64,000 nucleotides of DNA from Somniosus microcephalus. Taxonomy: Eukaryota. Below, in pieces: positions 35,620 through 49,451 of the stretch. Position 1 is the first letter of the stretch, and each line of letters starts with the position of its first letter. The notes under the pieces were generated by a model that was not told the origin of the DNA, did no database searches, and saw only the letters and a program-made list of their open reading frames with translations. A program made the position numbers and the translations under genes. The DNA is taken from contig CM126217.1 in the NCBI GenBank assembly GCA_052327205.1, positions 76,198,001 to 76,262,000 of the forward strand, written 5' to 3'.

Positions 35620-36530
35620 GATTTATACAGCATCTTTTAACGTAATAAAATAACCCATGCACTTTACAGAGGAGAGCCTGGACTTAGCAGAATAGTTAGG
35701 AGAGCTGACCGAAAACAAGGTTGAAAAGATAGATTCTGACGAGGCTCTTAAAGGCAGGGACAAAACTAGCTTAGGAACATAGGAATAGAAGTGGCCATTC
35801 AGCCATTCGAGCCTGCTCTGCCATTAAATTAGATCATGGCTGATCTGTACCTCAACTCCATTGACCCGCCATTGCACCATACCCTTGATGCCATTACCTA
35901 ACAGCAATATATCGATCTCAGTCTTGAAAATGTTGATTAACTAACCATCCATTTTGGGAATAGAGTTCCAGATTTCCACTACTGTGTAAAATAAAATGCT
36001 TCCTAATTTAACTCCTAAATAGCTCAGCTCTAATTTTAAGATTATGCCCGCTCACCAGAGGACACTATCAAATCCCTTTTTCATTTTAAACACCTCAGTT
36101 AGCTTACCCTCAACCTTCTAAACTCAAGGAAATACAAACCACCGTGATGCAATCTATCCTCTTAATCTACCCCTTTAAGCCCTGGTAACATTCTGGTGAA
36201 TCTCTGCTGTATCCACTAAAAGGCCAATATACCTTGCCTGAGGTTCAGTGCCCAAAACTGAGTGCAATACTCCAAATGTGATTTGACCAAGAGCCAAAGC
36301 AAAGAGATTTAAGGACGAGCTCCAGAGAGTAGGGATAAGGTGACTGAAGGCTTTCTGGTTGATGGAGGAGTGACAAGGGGGAGGCAGAATGTACAGGAGG
36401 CCACAATTGAAAACCGAAGGGTCTGGGCTGGAATGTAGGTATAAAGGAGGTTGCAGAGGTAAGAATGGGTGAGGGTATGGATGGATTTGGAGGCATGGAC
36501 AAACATTTTGAATTCAGTGTACAACTACAC
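35620..36530 (-). mobile_element. Old L2 3' region split by a CR1 3' fragment (CR1 at about 35772-36292)
   Basis: L2-like tail atttatacagcatcttttaacgtaataaaa at about 35622 with L2-like sequence resuming at about 36295. The CR1 tail taggaacataggaatagaag and a CR1 body lie between. Confidence 0.65.
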
Positions 36531-36920
36531 AAAAAAAGGTTGTATTTTAAAGCTTTGTTTTTTTTAAACACATATTCTACCATCTTAGAGCAAAGCTAGC
36601 TTTGAGTTGTGGATGCACATTCCTATTTTCCAAGAAAATGCTCTGTACAGGGACTGATCACTACCACATCTGTTCTGTGCCTGGGTTTGACCCAGAATAG
36701 CAACTGGCCATTGGATGGTGTGCTACCCCCTGTCATCTCTATGCCTATGGGCATATTCTGAATCATCTGGAATTGAAAAACAATTTCAGACACACCCGAA
36801 TCATAAGCCTGCCTAATGATGCTCAGTAGGAAGCAAAGCCTTAAAAGATTGTTAAACTAATCTGGAAATCATTATTTGCCAATCACGCAACAGTAGTTAT
36901 TTGTTATATTGAGGATGGTA

Positions 36921-38037
36921 GTGGCTAACATAAAAGGGAACCCAAAGTCTTTTATAGACACATAAATAGTAAAAGGTTGGTCAAAGGAAGGGTGGGGCCG
37001 ATTAGGGACCAAAAAGGAGATTTTCTTCAGGAGGCAGAGGGCATGGCTGAGGTACTAAATGAATACTTTGCATCTGTCTTCACTATAGAAGAGGATGCTG
37101 CCAATGTAGCGTTAAAGGAGGAGGCAGTAGCGATATTGGATAGGATAAAATTGATAAAGAGGATGTACTTAAAAGGTTGGCAGTACTCAAAGTAGAAAAG
37201 TCACCCGGTCTGGATGGGTTGCATTCTAGGTTACTGAGGGAAGTAAGGGTTGAAATTGTGGAGGCTCTGGCCACAATCTTCCAATCCCCTTTGGATATGG
37301 GGGTGGTGCCAGAGGACTGGAGGATTGAAAAAGGATTTAAAAAAGGAGAGCTGGATAAACCCAGCAATTACAGGCCAGTCAGTCTAATGTTGGTGGTGGG
37401 GAAACTTTTAGAGACAGTAATCCAGGACAAAATTAATTGGCATTTGGAAAAGTATGGGCTAATAAATGAAAGTCAGTACGGATTTGTTAAAGGCAAATCA
37501 TGCTTGACTAACTTGATCGAGTTCTTTGATGAAGTAACAGAGCGTGTTGAGGAGGGTAGTGCAGTTGATGTGTATATGGACTTTTAAAAGGCGTTTGACA
37601 ATGTACCACATAACGGACTTGTTAGCAAAATTAAAGCCCATGGGATTAAAGGGACAGTAGCAGCATGGATACAACATTCATTAAGGGACAGAAAGCAGAG
37701 AGTAGTGGTGAACGGTTGTTTTTCAGACTGGGGGGTGGTATACAGTGGTGTTCGCCAGGGGTCGGTATTAGGATCACTGCTCTTTTTGATATATATTAAT
37801 GACCTGGACTTGGGTATAATTTCAAAGTCTGCAGTTAATATGAAACTTAGAAATGTAGTAAACAATGAGGAGGATAGTAACAGGATTCAGGAGGGCATAG
37901 ACAGACTGATCAAATGGGCAGACACATGGCAGATGAACTTTAATGCAGAGAAGTGTGAAGTGATACATTTTGGTAGGAAGAATGAAGAGAGGCAATAGGA
38001 ACTAAATGGTACAATTTTAAAGAGGGTGCAGGAGCAG
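36921..38037 (+). mobile_element. CR1 LINE internal RT fragment, truncated at both ends
   Basis: AEVLNEYFASVFT, KSPGLDGLHSRLLRE, NYRPVSL, GFVKGKSCLTNLIEFFDEVT and GVRQGSVLGSLLFLIYINDL. Confidence 0.95.
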
Positions 38038-40617
38038 ATAATGTACTGTAGATATGGGAGCCAGCAAACAACATTTCAGGTAAAGCAGAGCAACTTCCTG
38101 TTCATGGAAATGTGGATTCTAAAATGAATGATGTACATAGGATAGTGTCACTGTTGGAGAAATTCCACTTCTTCAGTGGCTAAGACAGTACAATTTTCTA
38201 TTCAATACTGCCCAACATTAATTTTCATTTCTGCTACAGTACATAGCAAATGAGCTGCTTTTTCTAAGTAATCCCTCATTCCTAGATTGTCAGTTCAGGT
38301 TACTGCCTGAATCTTAACGAATCGGTATTGCATGTCTCTCTCTGCCTCGAGCACAACAACATTGATCCTGGTCGGCGAGGAAAAAAAGGCTATAGTGTAT
38401 AAAATATGAATATTTTAAAGAGGGCAAATAAAAAGGTCATAACGAAGCTTATTTTAATATAATTGTGAGGTACATCCTGGTAATTAAGCTTTAAAAGTCC
38501 CCCTGGTCTTGTATAGTACCAATAGTCTTATGCAGAAACATACAGGGCCTAACATTCCTCTTTTCACACACAAACCCATGAATTACTAATTAAATTGCAC
38601 GAAAGCGTGCCTTTCAAATGCATAATTTGTGAAAATGCGATTTTGATAAAAGCAACAAAAAAGTGGCAGCCACGCATGACGTGCTTCAGTAATGATCCTT
38701 TAACACTTCCCAAGCAGCTACCAAACCACTTAACCACGTAAATGTCAAAGTTTGATAATCCAGTTGTGCAGTGTTAAATAGTTGGGGAAAATATATGAAT
38801 GCAAACAGAGTAAAAGACAATTTAGCAACAACTTTTTTCAATTAACAGAGCATGCCAACAGTTTTGGTTGGTGGGGGTGGGGGTGGGGGACATCATGCTA
38901 GCATAGAAAGATAGCAAGAAGCACGACAATATGTTACAAATATGGTCACTGCTGCCTCCACCACTTCAAGAACCTGGCAGTGGCCCCAGAAGAAGGTCCC
39001 TGACCTCAATGAAAGCATAAAGGCAAGGCATGATGATTACTGCAAAGCAGTTCACACACAATATTAACGCATATGAAGGAAAGTAATAAAAGATTTATAT
39101 GAAAAAGTCTTGTATTGACAGAGTAACATTTGCAAAAATCTTGCAAGTGAGGTTATTAGAAGTTAAAAAAGCAGGATCATGCAAATTGCATTAGATATGA
39201 CATGATAGGAAAAAATAAAATACTGCAGGAAGTAATTTCCATGGACCAAATCATGTGTCTCAATTCTCCATCGTTCTTATATTTCAAAGTAAAACCAGCA
39301 GGAGTCTTTGGGGCTCAAACTCCTAAGTATAATAGTGGAAGGCTTCAACTTACTTGGGGAATGTTACAAGCAACCGAGATGGAAGGATTCCAAAACTTTG
39401 TAGTTGCCCACACAGATCAATTGGTTTTTTGAGAGGCCCTCCAACAATGGCACAAGTTGAGTGCCACAGGAGCAGCTATTTGGTACTTATGTCAGTGACG
39501 GTTTTGTGCCATCACATAACCCTGAACAAGTGACAGTAAATGATGCCTCTGAAAGCACTGAGCTCAAAGCGATGATTGCCAAAGATATTCCTGGTACTGA
39601 TGGAGGTCCACTTTGCTTTCTGTATCCTGTTGCGAGTCATGTGATTCCTACACCCTCGGGACTCCCGGCCGTCCTGTCCTCCTGCTCCGCTGCAATAGTA
39701 CATGCCAATGGTAACTGTGCCCATTCTCTCAGATAGAAGACCCCTCTGTATATTTAATTCTCTCATTACTGTGGCAATACTTCAAAATATTGCCCTTTGT
39801 TAAGCTCACTAACTGCAGGCCTGATCTGGAGTAAAATACTTTTCAGAGTGACTTTTTGCAGTTACAAAATGTTGCAGGAGTTCATCATTAATGATCTTTA
39901 ACAGTTACATTTGTGTTTTGTTTCTGACTTCTTACTTTTTACTCCTACGTTGGAGGCATAAGAATGCTCAGAACATTAATAAATATGGACAAATTGGCAC
40001 ATTCTCCTGACATTCAACATTCCTTATTCACATTTATTTTTTTATTAAGATTAGCTAACACAAGAGGTAAGGATGCAGAGAGCTCTGTAGCTGTAGAACC
40101 AGATTTTCAGAGAGTTGTTTCGTTTGAAATGATTGTGGTTTCACAGTTGATCTGAAGCACTTCCTCGTGTATAAATCGTGGTATCTGAGTGGTGCTGCTA
40201 GATCCTCCTCCAGTCTGCTGTGAACACTTTCTACTCCGTATAAGCCAGTGTAAAGCCAGCAGTAATACTGAACTAATGATTCGGATATTGAACAAGTGGA
40301 GTCCAGTGTTGGACTTGAAATAGCTAGGAAACGGTTACTGTTTGTATAATTGATATTGGAATCGTGGATACAGGAGAAGATAGGAATGGGAAAAGTCCAT
40401 TCAGCCTGCCCAGCTCATCTGGTTGTTTAGGTCCATGCACGTGGGTGCTCAGACCATTATCATATCCTTCTACCTTGGTGTTGAGTCTCTGTACTCTCTG
40501 TAAATTCAGGAATCTGGCCATGTTATTGGCACTTATCTATTGATAGAAAACACTGAAAACTTGAACTAAATCTGCAATATTGCAATATTTAAATGTGAAC
40601 AACAGCATAGGCCAGTT

Positions 40618-41129
40618 ATAGAATAATAGAATCATAGAATGGTTACAGCACAGAAGGAGGCCACTCAGCCCATCGAGCCCGTGCCAGCTCTCTGCAAGAG
40701 CCCTTCAGCTAGTCCCACTCCCCCACCCTTTCCCTGTAGCCCTGCAAAATTGTTTCCTTCAGGTACTTCTCCAATTCCCTTTTGAAAGCCATGATTGAGT
40801 CTGCCTCCACCACCCTTTCAGGTAGTGCATTCCAGATCATAACCACTCGCTGCGTAAAAAAGTTTTCCCTCATATTGTCTTTGGTTCTTTTGTCAATCAC
40901 CTTAAATCTGTGTCCTCTCGTTCTCAACCCTTCTGCCAATGGGAACTGTTTCTTTCTATCTACTTTGTCTAGATCCCTCATGATTTTGAACGCCTCTATC
41001 AAATCTCCTCTCAACCTTCTCTGCTCTAAGGAGAACAACCCCAGCTTCTCCAGTCTATCCACGTAACTGAAGTCCCTCATCCCTGGAATCATTCTTGTAA
41101 ATCATTTCTGCACCCTCTCTAAGGCCTTC
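40618..41129 (-). mobile_element. CR1 3' end
   Basis: ORF 40709-41092 (LGLFSLEQRRLRGDLIEAFK...FFTQRVVMIWNALP); tail atagaataatagaatcatagaat. Confidence 0.95.
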
Positions 41130-43090
41130 GATTGTTGAGTGATTTTTCTTTTAGCAGCTATATTTTTAGAAATTCCCTTGCCTAAAACATTTGACAGTTT
41201 TTTTTTCCTGAGATGTTAAAATTGTGGCTTGGTTTGGTGTTAAAATGGAGCTTACAATCAGAGGTCTCCAGGTATTTTATTTTGAATCCAACTCATCCCA
41301 GCATTCCTGCAAATCAGCTTTGTGGCACATATTCTAAATTACATTGTCATGTGAAAAGTACGCACTGAGCACAAAGTCACTCTTGCATGCATCAGTCTTC
41401 AATTTGCTTTGATGCCTATCCTCTGTGCTTGAATCAGAGGGGAAATGATGGAAGCAGCGCAGTGTGTGCTGATGTTTCCATGTAAGTGGTTCTGTGGTTC
41501 ATTACAGTCAGTTGGTGCCTCTACAGACCAGCAGCGACTACAAATTGTCCTGCCAGGAAACTTCGTTAATTATCTTTAACTGAATACAGAAAATGATGAG
41601 ATACCGTAGCCATTCTTTTCATAGGCAGATGTTCAGATAATTAATAACCTGAAAGTCAAACTACTTAACCTTTGCACAGATTAGAATTGCACTATGTTGT
41701 GTCAGTTATTTACTTCTTGAATTTATTTTTATTTAAGGCAATGATTTCACGGATATGTGAACAGTCCCCAGATGTTGTTATTATGTACACTGGTTGAGAA
41801 ATGCTGTTCCTAGGTTACTGATTTACACCATGAACCTCAATCCTTGGGCCTTCAGTTCTTCCATCAGCATTAACTATTTGGCGATTGATTGTAAATGACT
41901 TGGCTTTCAGAATGGTCTTCCCCATCTTTCCTTGTTAAATATGAAAGCTAAAAGTTAAATGGCATTAAGACAGGCAAGTGGGATTTGTGGACGGCACTAA
42001 AATAAAAACATCAAGGTTACATATTTTTTTAAAGAATAAAGTTTTCTTCTTCTAATTCTAGCTGAGAATATTTGTACCTGAAATAAGATTTGGGAAAGTT
42101 CCATTTTACCTGATTGCCTGTCACAGTGAACAGCGGTACGGCCTATCTTGTTCTAAAAGATTTATTTATAACCAAAAATCCTACGAATAAACTACTTCTC
42201 ATAGATTTCTGCTGTGTTTTACATGATAGAAATTTCATGTAACAAAAATAGATAAAAGCTTAAAGGCTCTTTCCGTATTTAAAACGTTAATTTTACACGT
42301 TTGCGAAACTGCTATAGAATTTGGTAAATTGAACTGAAATTCGAGCAGCTGATGATATTGACCACGTAAACAAATGCTGTCATGTTTTCTGATGAATGTA
42401 ATGAGTGGCTGTGTGTGGGAGATGGGCTGAGTTCTTTATTTCTCCCAAGGCAGGCTACAATCTGCTGCGGTTATGGAAATCACACTGGTTAGAATCAAAA
42501 GACAGAATCTCATGCCATACCCATTTATTTCATTTCATTTCTAGCTGGATGGTGGTTAGCAGTATAATTAGCACCAGATAGTGAATCAATACGAGGAGAA
42601 AATCACTGACAGAAACTGATGTCTTTGGTTACTGAAGCAGGAGCTGATCAGAGATTACTAGCAGCGCTTTCTGTCACTTGTGATGATGGCTGTCACCGAT
42701 CATGCTATGGGCAGGTGATAGGCATCACCATTTATAGGCAAAGTAATCAAAAGGGGACAATGATCAGAAGGTCTGCTGACTGACCAAAAGCTACGGATTA
42801 TGCTGTGCCTACAGTATTTAGTATCATTTCATTACTTATTTCATAGATTGAGATCACTAAATCGCCACACCAATGAGTGAGTTGAATCATTTCTGTTCTA
42901 TATACAATATTGTCCTGGATTCTGAATATTCAGTACCTCTCATTACAAATACTGCTGTTCAATAATATTGCTTAAGAAATAAAATGCAGAAATGCTATTT
43001 ATGTTTGAATTCTTCATATTTTTGAAACTATAAAGCCATAGTAGATTCCATATAATCATTGTAGTTTTGAACTGAGCTGCAGTTGTGTAC

Positions 43091-43531
43091 TGTCAGCTGT
43101 GGCTCAGTGGGTAGCACACTCGCCTCGGAGTCAGAAGGTTGTGGGTTCAGGGACTTGAGCACAAAAATCTAGGCTGACACTCCTGTGCAGTGCTGAGGGA
43201 GTGCTGCACTGTTGGAGGTGCCGTCTTTCGGATGAGACGTTAAACTGAGGCCCCATCTGCCTCTTCAGGTGGACGTAAAAGATCCTCTGGCACTATTTCG
43301 AAAAAGAGATGGGGAGTTATCCCTGGTGTCCTAGCCAATATTTATCCCTGAATTAACATCACTAAAACAGATTATCTGGTCATTATCACATTGCTGTTTG
43401 TGGGACCTTGCTGTGCGCAAATTAGCTGCCGCGTTTCCTACATTACAACAGTGACTATACTTCTTTGGCTGTAAAGCACTTTGGGACGTCCGGTGATCGT
43501 GAAAGGCGCTATATAAATGCAAGTCAGTCTT
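43091..43531 (+). mobile_element. Near full-length Deu-domain SINE
   Basis: Collinear with 30077-30548, with a short deletion removing part of the B box. Confidence 0.9.
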
Positions 43532-46500
43532 TTGTTTGGCAAAAGCTTGTAAATAAGGAGTTGTTATTTTATACACAGTAAGGCCATTCTCTCAACGGAA
43601 CAAATGAAATGCCAAACCAATCTGTCATCAAGTAGAAGAGCCTCTTTATAAGGCTGTCTTTTGGTACTATACAGAAAGCAGGCTGTGTATAGAGAACGTG
43701 TATTGATCTCAGCTGGGACATTAAAGGGAGTTGCTAAACAGAAACAGAGCATTTTTCCACAAGGAGAATCAACGAGACGGTCACTCTCGTGCATCTCCTA
43801 GCTTCATGTTCCGGAGCAGCATAGGCACGGATCTGAGAGCAGGTCGTGCCTCTGGCTTATTAATCAGTAAATGGTGAACGTTATCTGAAGAAGGGAAAAA
43901 ATAAAATAAGGCAGGGGAACAGAGAGTTGTTCTATTTTGATAGTCCTGAGCATTTGTCTCCAGTATTTATTATCTGTTTTTATAAAGAGCTTGGCAAAAT
44001 ATATATTATCACTGAGAGTGACAGATGGGTTTTATTTTCTACTGCACCCGTGGGATATTTTTATGCTACACTAGGCAGCAGTGTGCATATCTGAGAGAGA
44101 CTTCAATATCAGTTCACAGTGAAATATGGGCATTTTTGTGCTGTGGGCACACATCCCACAAGGAATTGGTTAGGATTCCCTGATCTCATTTCACATAGGA
44201 CACTTGCAGCAGGCAGAGAGAAGACATTTCATTCCATCAGTCTGGGGTGGATTTAAACCCAGGGTTTTGTGGAGGTGGAAGGATAGTGTGAAAATCAACT
44301 TGTCACCAATCATCTGGAGTGGCAGATTTGTGTCAACATTGTAGCATTCTATTTCCCCTATAGGAAATAGTGTATTTTGTTCTAGTCACTGTACTTCATA
44401 TAAAAACTCGATCTGTGGCATTTTTAAGTATTTAAAAATGACAGAGCACTGTGTGTTTCCCAGGGCTTAAAATCTGGGTAGACGGTGTTTTGTTTAGCAG
44501 CTAGTGTGAGTTGGGAAGGCATGGTGCTATAGTCAGTGGTTGGTGATGTAACATTTGCATATTGATTTGTCATTGGCCTGCAGGCATCTGTAAGGACTGC
44601 TATTGTTTAGAAGACCCAGGGGGTCCTGACTCCATCTTGACCACACGGTGCTGTACTGCTGTGAGTCAGATCAGACCTGATGCTTCATTAAAAGAGTTTA
44701 AACTGTAATACTCCGTTGTCCTGCAATTTATTATTTTTGTACAAAGTGTGCAAAACAAGAAAGGTGAGATGGCATTACTGCTGATTTATTTCTGTAATTC
44801 CTCTCATCTCAACATAGTTTCCATATTACAGTTGAATTCTTCCACTTCCCTTTTTGTCAGGTGCACATTTGTTGACCATTTTTGTTTTTAATTTGACTGT
44901 CTCCAGCTCTAGTGGAATAGTTTTTCTTTCTCTCAATTTCTTCCCCTTTCCTGCCTTGACGTTGGTAACTTCAGCAGCAGCCTTCAGTGCCTTGCCCAAG
45001 AGACAATTCTTCATGTGCGAACCTAGGCACAAAGGGTCATCAGAGAGTGGAAGAGGGACAGCAAGAAGGTTGGTGTTGCTAAAGGATGTAAGAGATATAT
45101 GGAGAGGCAAGCAGAACATTTAACATAAACACATCGGGAAAAGGAGAGAGAAGAAAAAAATAATAGAAGTGGAAAGAAAACAGAGAATATGAGAAACCGA
45201 AGTACAAACAATGGAGGAAGAGAAGAACATTAGCAAGAAGAAGCTAAGAGACCAAGAAGAAGGAAACATCTTGAGAGTAAAAAGTAAGTTATGAATATTA
45301 GTTGATCCCCATGGTGTAGCTCAAAGACAAATTTTTTTTTTAAATCTCTCTTTTCCTGTAATAACCTCTCTACAGGAGAAACCTGACCAAGATATGGGGC
45401 CACTCCTGTTCAGGCTCTAATGTCACTCTACACAGGAAGCATACCTCTTACAACCCATTCCTTAAAAGGCTCAGGTAACCGGGATGTTTTGTGAATTCTT
45501 ACGCTAAGGTATAGGCACAGGATTTGGGGTTTACAGTATCATTACATTCAAAATTTCCTTTGGGTTTGCATACTAGTGGCGCAGCACATGTTAACTTTTT
45601 AAAATTCGTTTTGTGTTGCAATTAATTATCATTAGTCTCTGAAGCAGCTTGCTGAGATGAATATGAGACGGAACACATTAAAACAGTTCAGAGCTTTTTT
45701 TTTTACAGTTTGTTCTGAAGATGTCTTGAATTAGCATGGTTATTTTGTGCAGGCCCCTGACCTCATCTTCAGCTAGCTGACCTCTCATCCTCTCATGTTG
45801 TCCTGGACTTGTCTAATGCTAATTAGAAGTCCAGTGTTTGTATTTCACTGCTGTAGTGGCTTCTAAAAAGTGATGGTTGACCAAACCACAATGGTGGTCT
45901 TTCACACAAAAAAGAAACCTTATAGAACAACAGGGAAGAAGGAAGAAAACCACAATATCCAACTGAGTCTGTTGCCTGACTCAACTATGAGTTGTTCAGT
46001 GTTATTTCAGGGAAGTTACTTTTACTCCTGTGTCTAAAAATGTTTCACTGATGGCTCATGGATTTGAAATAAACTCTGTTATATTAATGATGCCACCTAC
46101 CTTGTTAGCCATAATCTATTTAACCTTTTTTCCTGGTCCCTTGACCTAATAATCCATCTAACATTTTAAGTTAAAGATGGCTTGACAAGCTTTTAAAAAA
46201 AATTTTTTTTTTTTAAATTAAAGCAACGTGAGGTTACATAAAAATCTTATGATATACAAGTTTCCATTTACATCTGTTTCAACAGAAGTCAGGTAATGGG
46301 AGGTATCCATGGTTGTTGCGTATTTATGCAGTGCCTGTTGAAGTGTAATAATTGACCACACATGGTTTGCTTGATTTGACTGTTCTTGACTGCTGATTGT
46401 CTGTCTGCTGATGGGTAGGACAGGACAGCCCGACAGGCTCTCCTTCAGTATAGCCTGGGTGATTTCTTTTTGCATCTCCTTTTGACTATTTCTTATCAGA

Positions 46501-49235
46501 CATATTTCTTTCACATTTTGCGCTATGCATGCAGTGTATGTGTGGGGGCGATTACCATCTTTTGCTTCTTCCCAACTCGTAAAACGGGGATGGTATATAT
46601 AGAATTCTATCAGGGTTTCTCACAAATGAACACGTGCTTCCTAGCTGTTATTTAAGAACCTTGCCAGCTGGATGAAAATGAGTTTATTTTATCTGTTGTG
46701 ATGCTGATCTATAGTACCCTACCCGAGCAGATGTGTTTATCTATGTGGTGAGAGTGACTGATGGCAGCTTCCTTTCATCAAGGGCCTGTAAAGTGCAACC
46801 ATACAAATTAACCCAGGTCTTTGCTGGAAAAAGATGTTAAATAATTCTAAAAGGATGGCTAATTTAGAGATGGATGGAAATTTTTATGAAGTAATATAAT
46901 CATTTACAAATGTTCTCTTCATGGCCCAGTTTGATTTTAAGTTGTTTAACTTTGGACTGAGCCAGTAGTGTGATAAATGTACTGTATGGCTGGCCATAAA
47001 AATTCTATGTTTAAAGACCCTGTAACTGTATTAATGCTTGTAGATTAATTACATTATATGATATACTGTTATCATTCATTTGAAGTTAAGTTAAGTTAAA
47101 ATAATCACAGAACAAAAGAAAAAACCCAACATGGTACCGGGAAGGAAAGTATGATAAAAGAAAAGAAAGACTTGCATTTATATAGCGCCTTTGACGACCA
47201 CCCAGAAACGTTAAAAATGGTGTGGAATTATTTGATGCCTACTGTTATAAATCTCATCATTCATCAAGAAACTACTCATGAAATAACGCTGGACGGCCAG
47301 CTGGTGGCGCCGTCCAAGGAGTATAAATACTCGGGCATCGGCCCCAGCCTGCCAGGGACATTTTGTAAGACAAGGAACTAGTGAAGTACAACTAGACCTC
47401 CATGTTCTGAAACAAGTTGATTAAAGCCTTGCTTTATGCTCAAACCAAGTGCGTAGTGAGTTTTATTACGTCACCTACCTCATGTGGTAATGCTTACCAC
47501 CTCATTTATCATTGCTTTTTTTGCCACCAAGGGTGGATGTGGGTATGGGCAGCAAACTGGAAATGTAATTACATCATAAAGAGTCTTGGAAGACACTAGT
47601 GCCTCTACATTATACATACAAAGATCACTTGGCACAGACTAAATGCTTCTCCATCTTGCTTTGGGAGCAGTCTTTTTTCGAGTGGCGTGTACCTGCTAAT
47701 TATGCCCCACATGCATTATAAAGTCCACTCCAATTGCTGCTAAAGTGGGATTAGAAACCTGTTTAGTTCCAATACACAAAAAGGTATTTGACCCAATTCT
47801 CTTCCATTTAAAAAATATCCAAATAATTTACAAATGAGAAAAGGACATTCAGTTTATTCCAGCCTTTCTGGGCTGAGATCTAAGCCCCGAAAATGTGATG
47901 CTGGCAATTTCATGGCCATATACGCACATGGTGTAGGCACCCCCATGCTGACAGTATGAAGGACTGGCCTCCTAGTAAATTGTGAGAGAAGCCCGCTCCC
48001 TAATTGTAGTAGGCTCCCTGCACTTGGAAGATGGGTACTGGGAGATAGGCTGGAAATGCAATTGGCTGGGGTGGGGGTGGAATTTTCCACAAGGTAGCAG
48101 TTCCTAAAAGGATAGGCCTCACCCTTGAAGGGGAGTCAACTTTAAAGTGAAATTCTTCTTTCTGGAGTAAGTAAGAAACTTTTGTGGAAACTGCAATGGA
48201 GTCGAGGGCAGTTAGGCATTGGAAGTGCTAATGCACGAGATACAGCAAAGGAGAGTGGCACACTTTGAGCGGAAGGCGACCCTCCAGTGAAAGCAGAGGC
48301 TCAAGTTGCACAGTTGGAGGTAGTGTAGAGAATGAATGGAGTTTTTCAGGGCCATAATATTTGACTAAAGATAAAGAAAAAAATTAATGGAATCAGGAAG
48401 AGTGTCAAAATATGTATAATTTTCCATACTTTAGCAATATAGTGAGTTTCGGAACTCTGAAGGAGATGCCCAGCAAATCATCCCAAAAAGCTTTTCCCTT
48501 TTCTATACAATTGAAGAAAAGCAGCGGGACATATTTTTTGCACAGTACATAGGCTTGCACAATGGCATCCAAATGCTGAAATGTCTGCTCTGCACCCACA
48601 TTGCCACCAGACCCTACATGCAGGCTGCAGTGGTTTGCAGGGCGGATGTGCACTAGCCACAGGGCTGACTGTTTGGGTGCATTACCGATTCATAACATCT
48701 GGATGTCTTGGTGTGTAATTCCAATAAAAGACTGCATACAAACCACCAGGAGCAAATGTGCACCGGTGGGGAACCACCAGGTTTGAAGAAGCTGACCCAA
48801 TATGAGGAGATGGCCCGTGGTAAATTTTGCCCGATACTGTGGATGGAACAGCGGAGGGAGAATTTGAAGGAATGTTGTCCTACCCATAAAGCCTCCTTCT
48901 TTCTCTCTTATTGTTATCCTCACTCACTATCTCACTCTGGTAACACAGTGGCCTACATCATATAATAGTACTGTGGCACACAATATGTTGGCATCTTACC
49001 ACCCAGAATCCACATAATACATCTTCCTTTTCCTATAGGCTCTTCCCAAGATGAGATGGAGCCAGCTAGTGGCAACCAGGAGGAAAACACTTCACAACAC
49101 GTCACAGCATGCACACGACTTGCCGAAAGTACCATCACAGATCCAAGCAGGGGGGTGTTTAGATAACCAGTTTGAGGCGGGAGCACTGGGTGAAGCACAG
49201 ATCACAAGTGAGGATGACTAAGTGGAGGTGGCAGC

Positions 49236-49451
49236 AGAGTTATATGGCACAGAAGGAGGCCATTCAGCCCATCGAGTCCGTGCCGGCTCTCTGTAGAGCA
49301 ATCCAGTCAGTCCCATTCTCCCGCTCTATCCCCGTAGCCCTGCAAGTTTATTTCCCTCAAGTGCCTATCCAGTCTCCCCTTGAAAACATTGAGTGTCTCC
49401 GCTTCCACCACTTCCATCGGCAGTGAATTCCAGGTCATCACCACTCGCTGC
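49236..49451 (-). mobile_element. CR1 3' end fragment nested in the Harbinger remnant
   Basis: ggcacagaaggaggccattcagcccatcgag...accactcgctgc, homologous to 40640-40855. Confidence 0.85.

Noticed and set aside
38545-39800. Possible further Harbinger remnant starting gggcctaacattcc
   Set aside because: Too decayed; no diagnostic protein motif or partner TIR could be confirmed.
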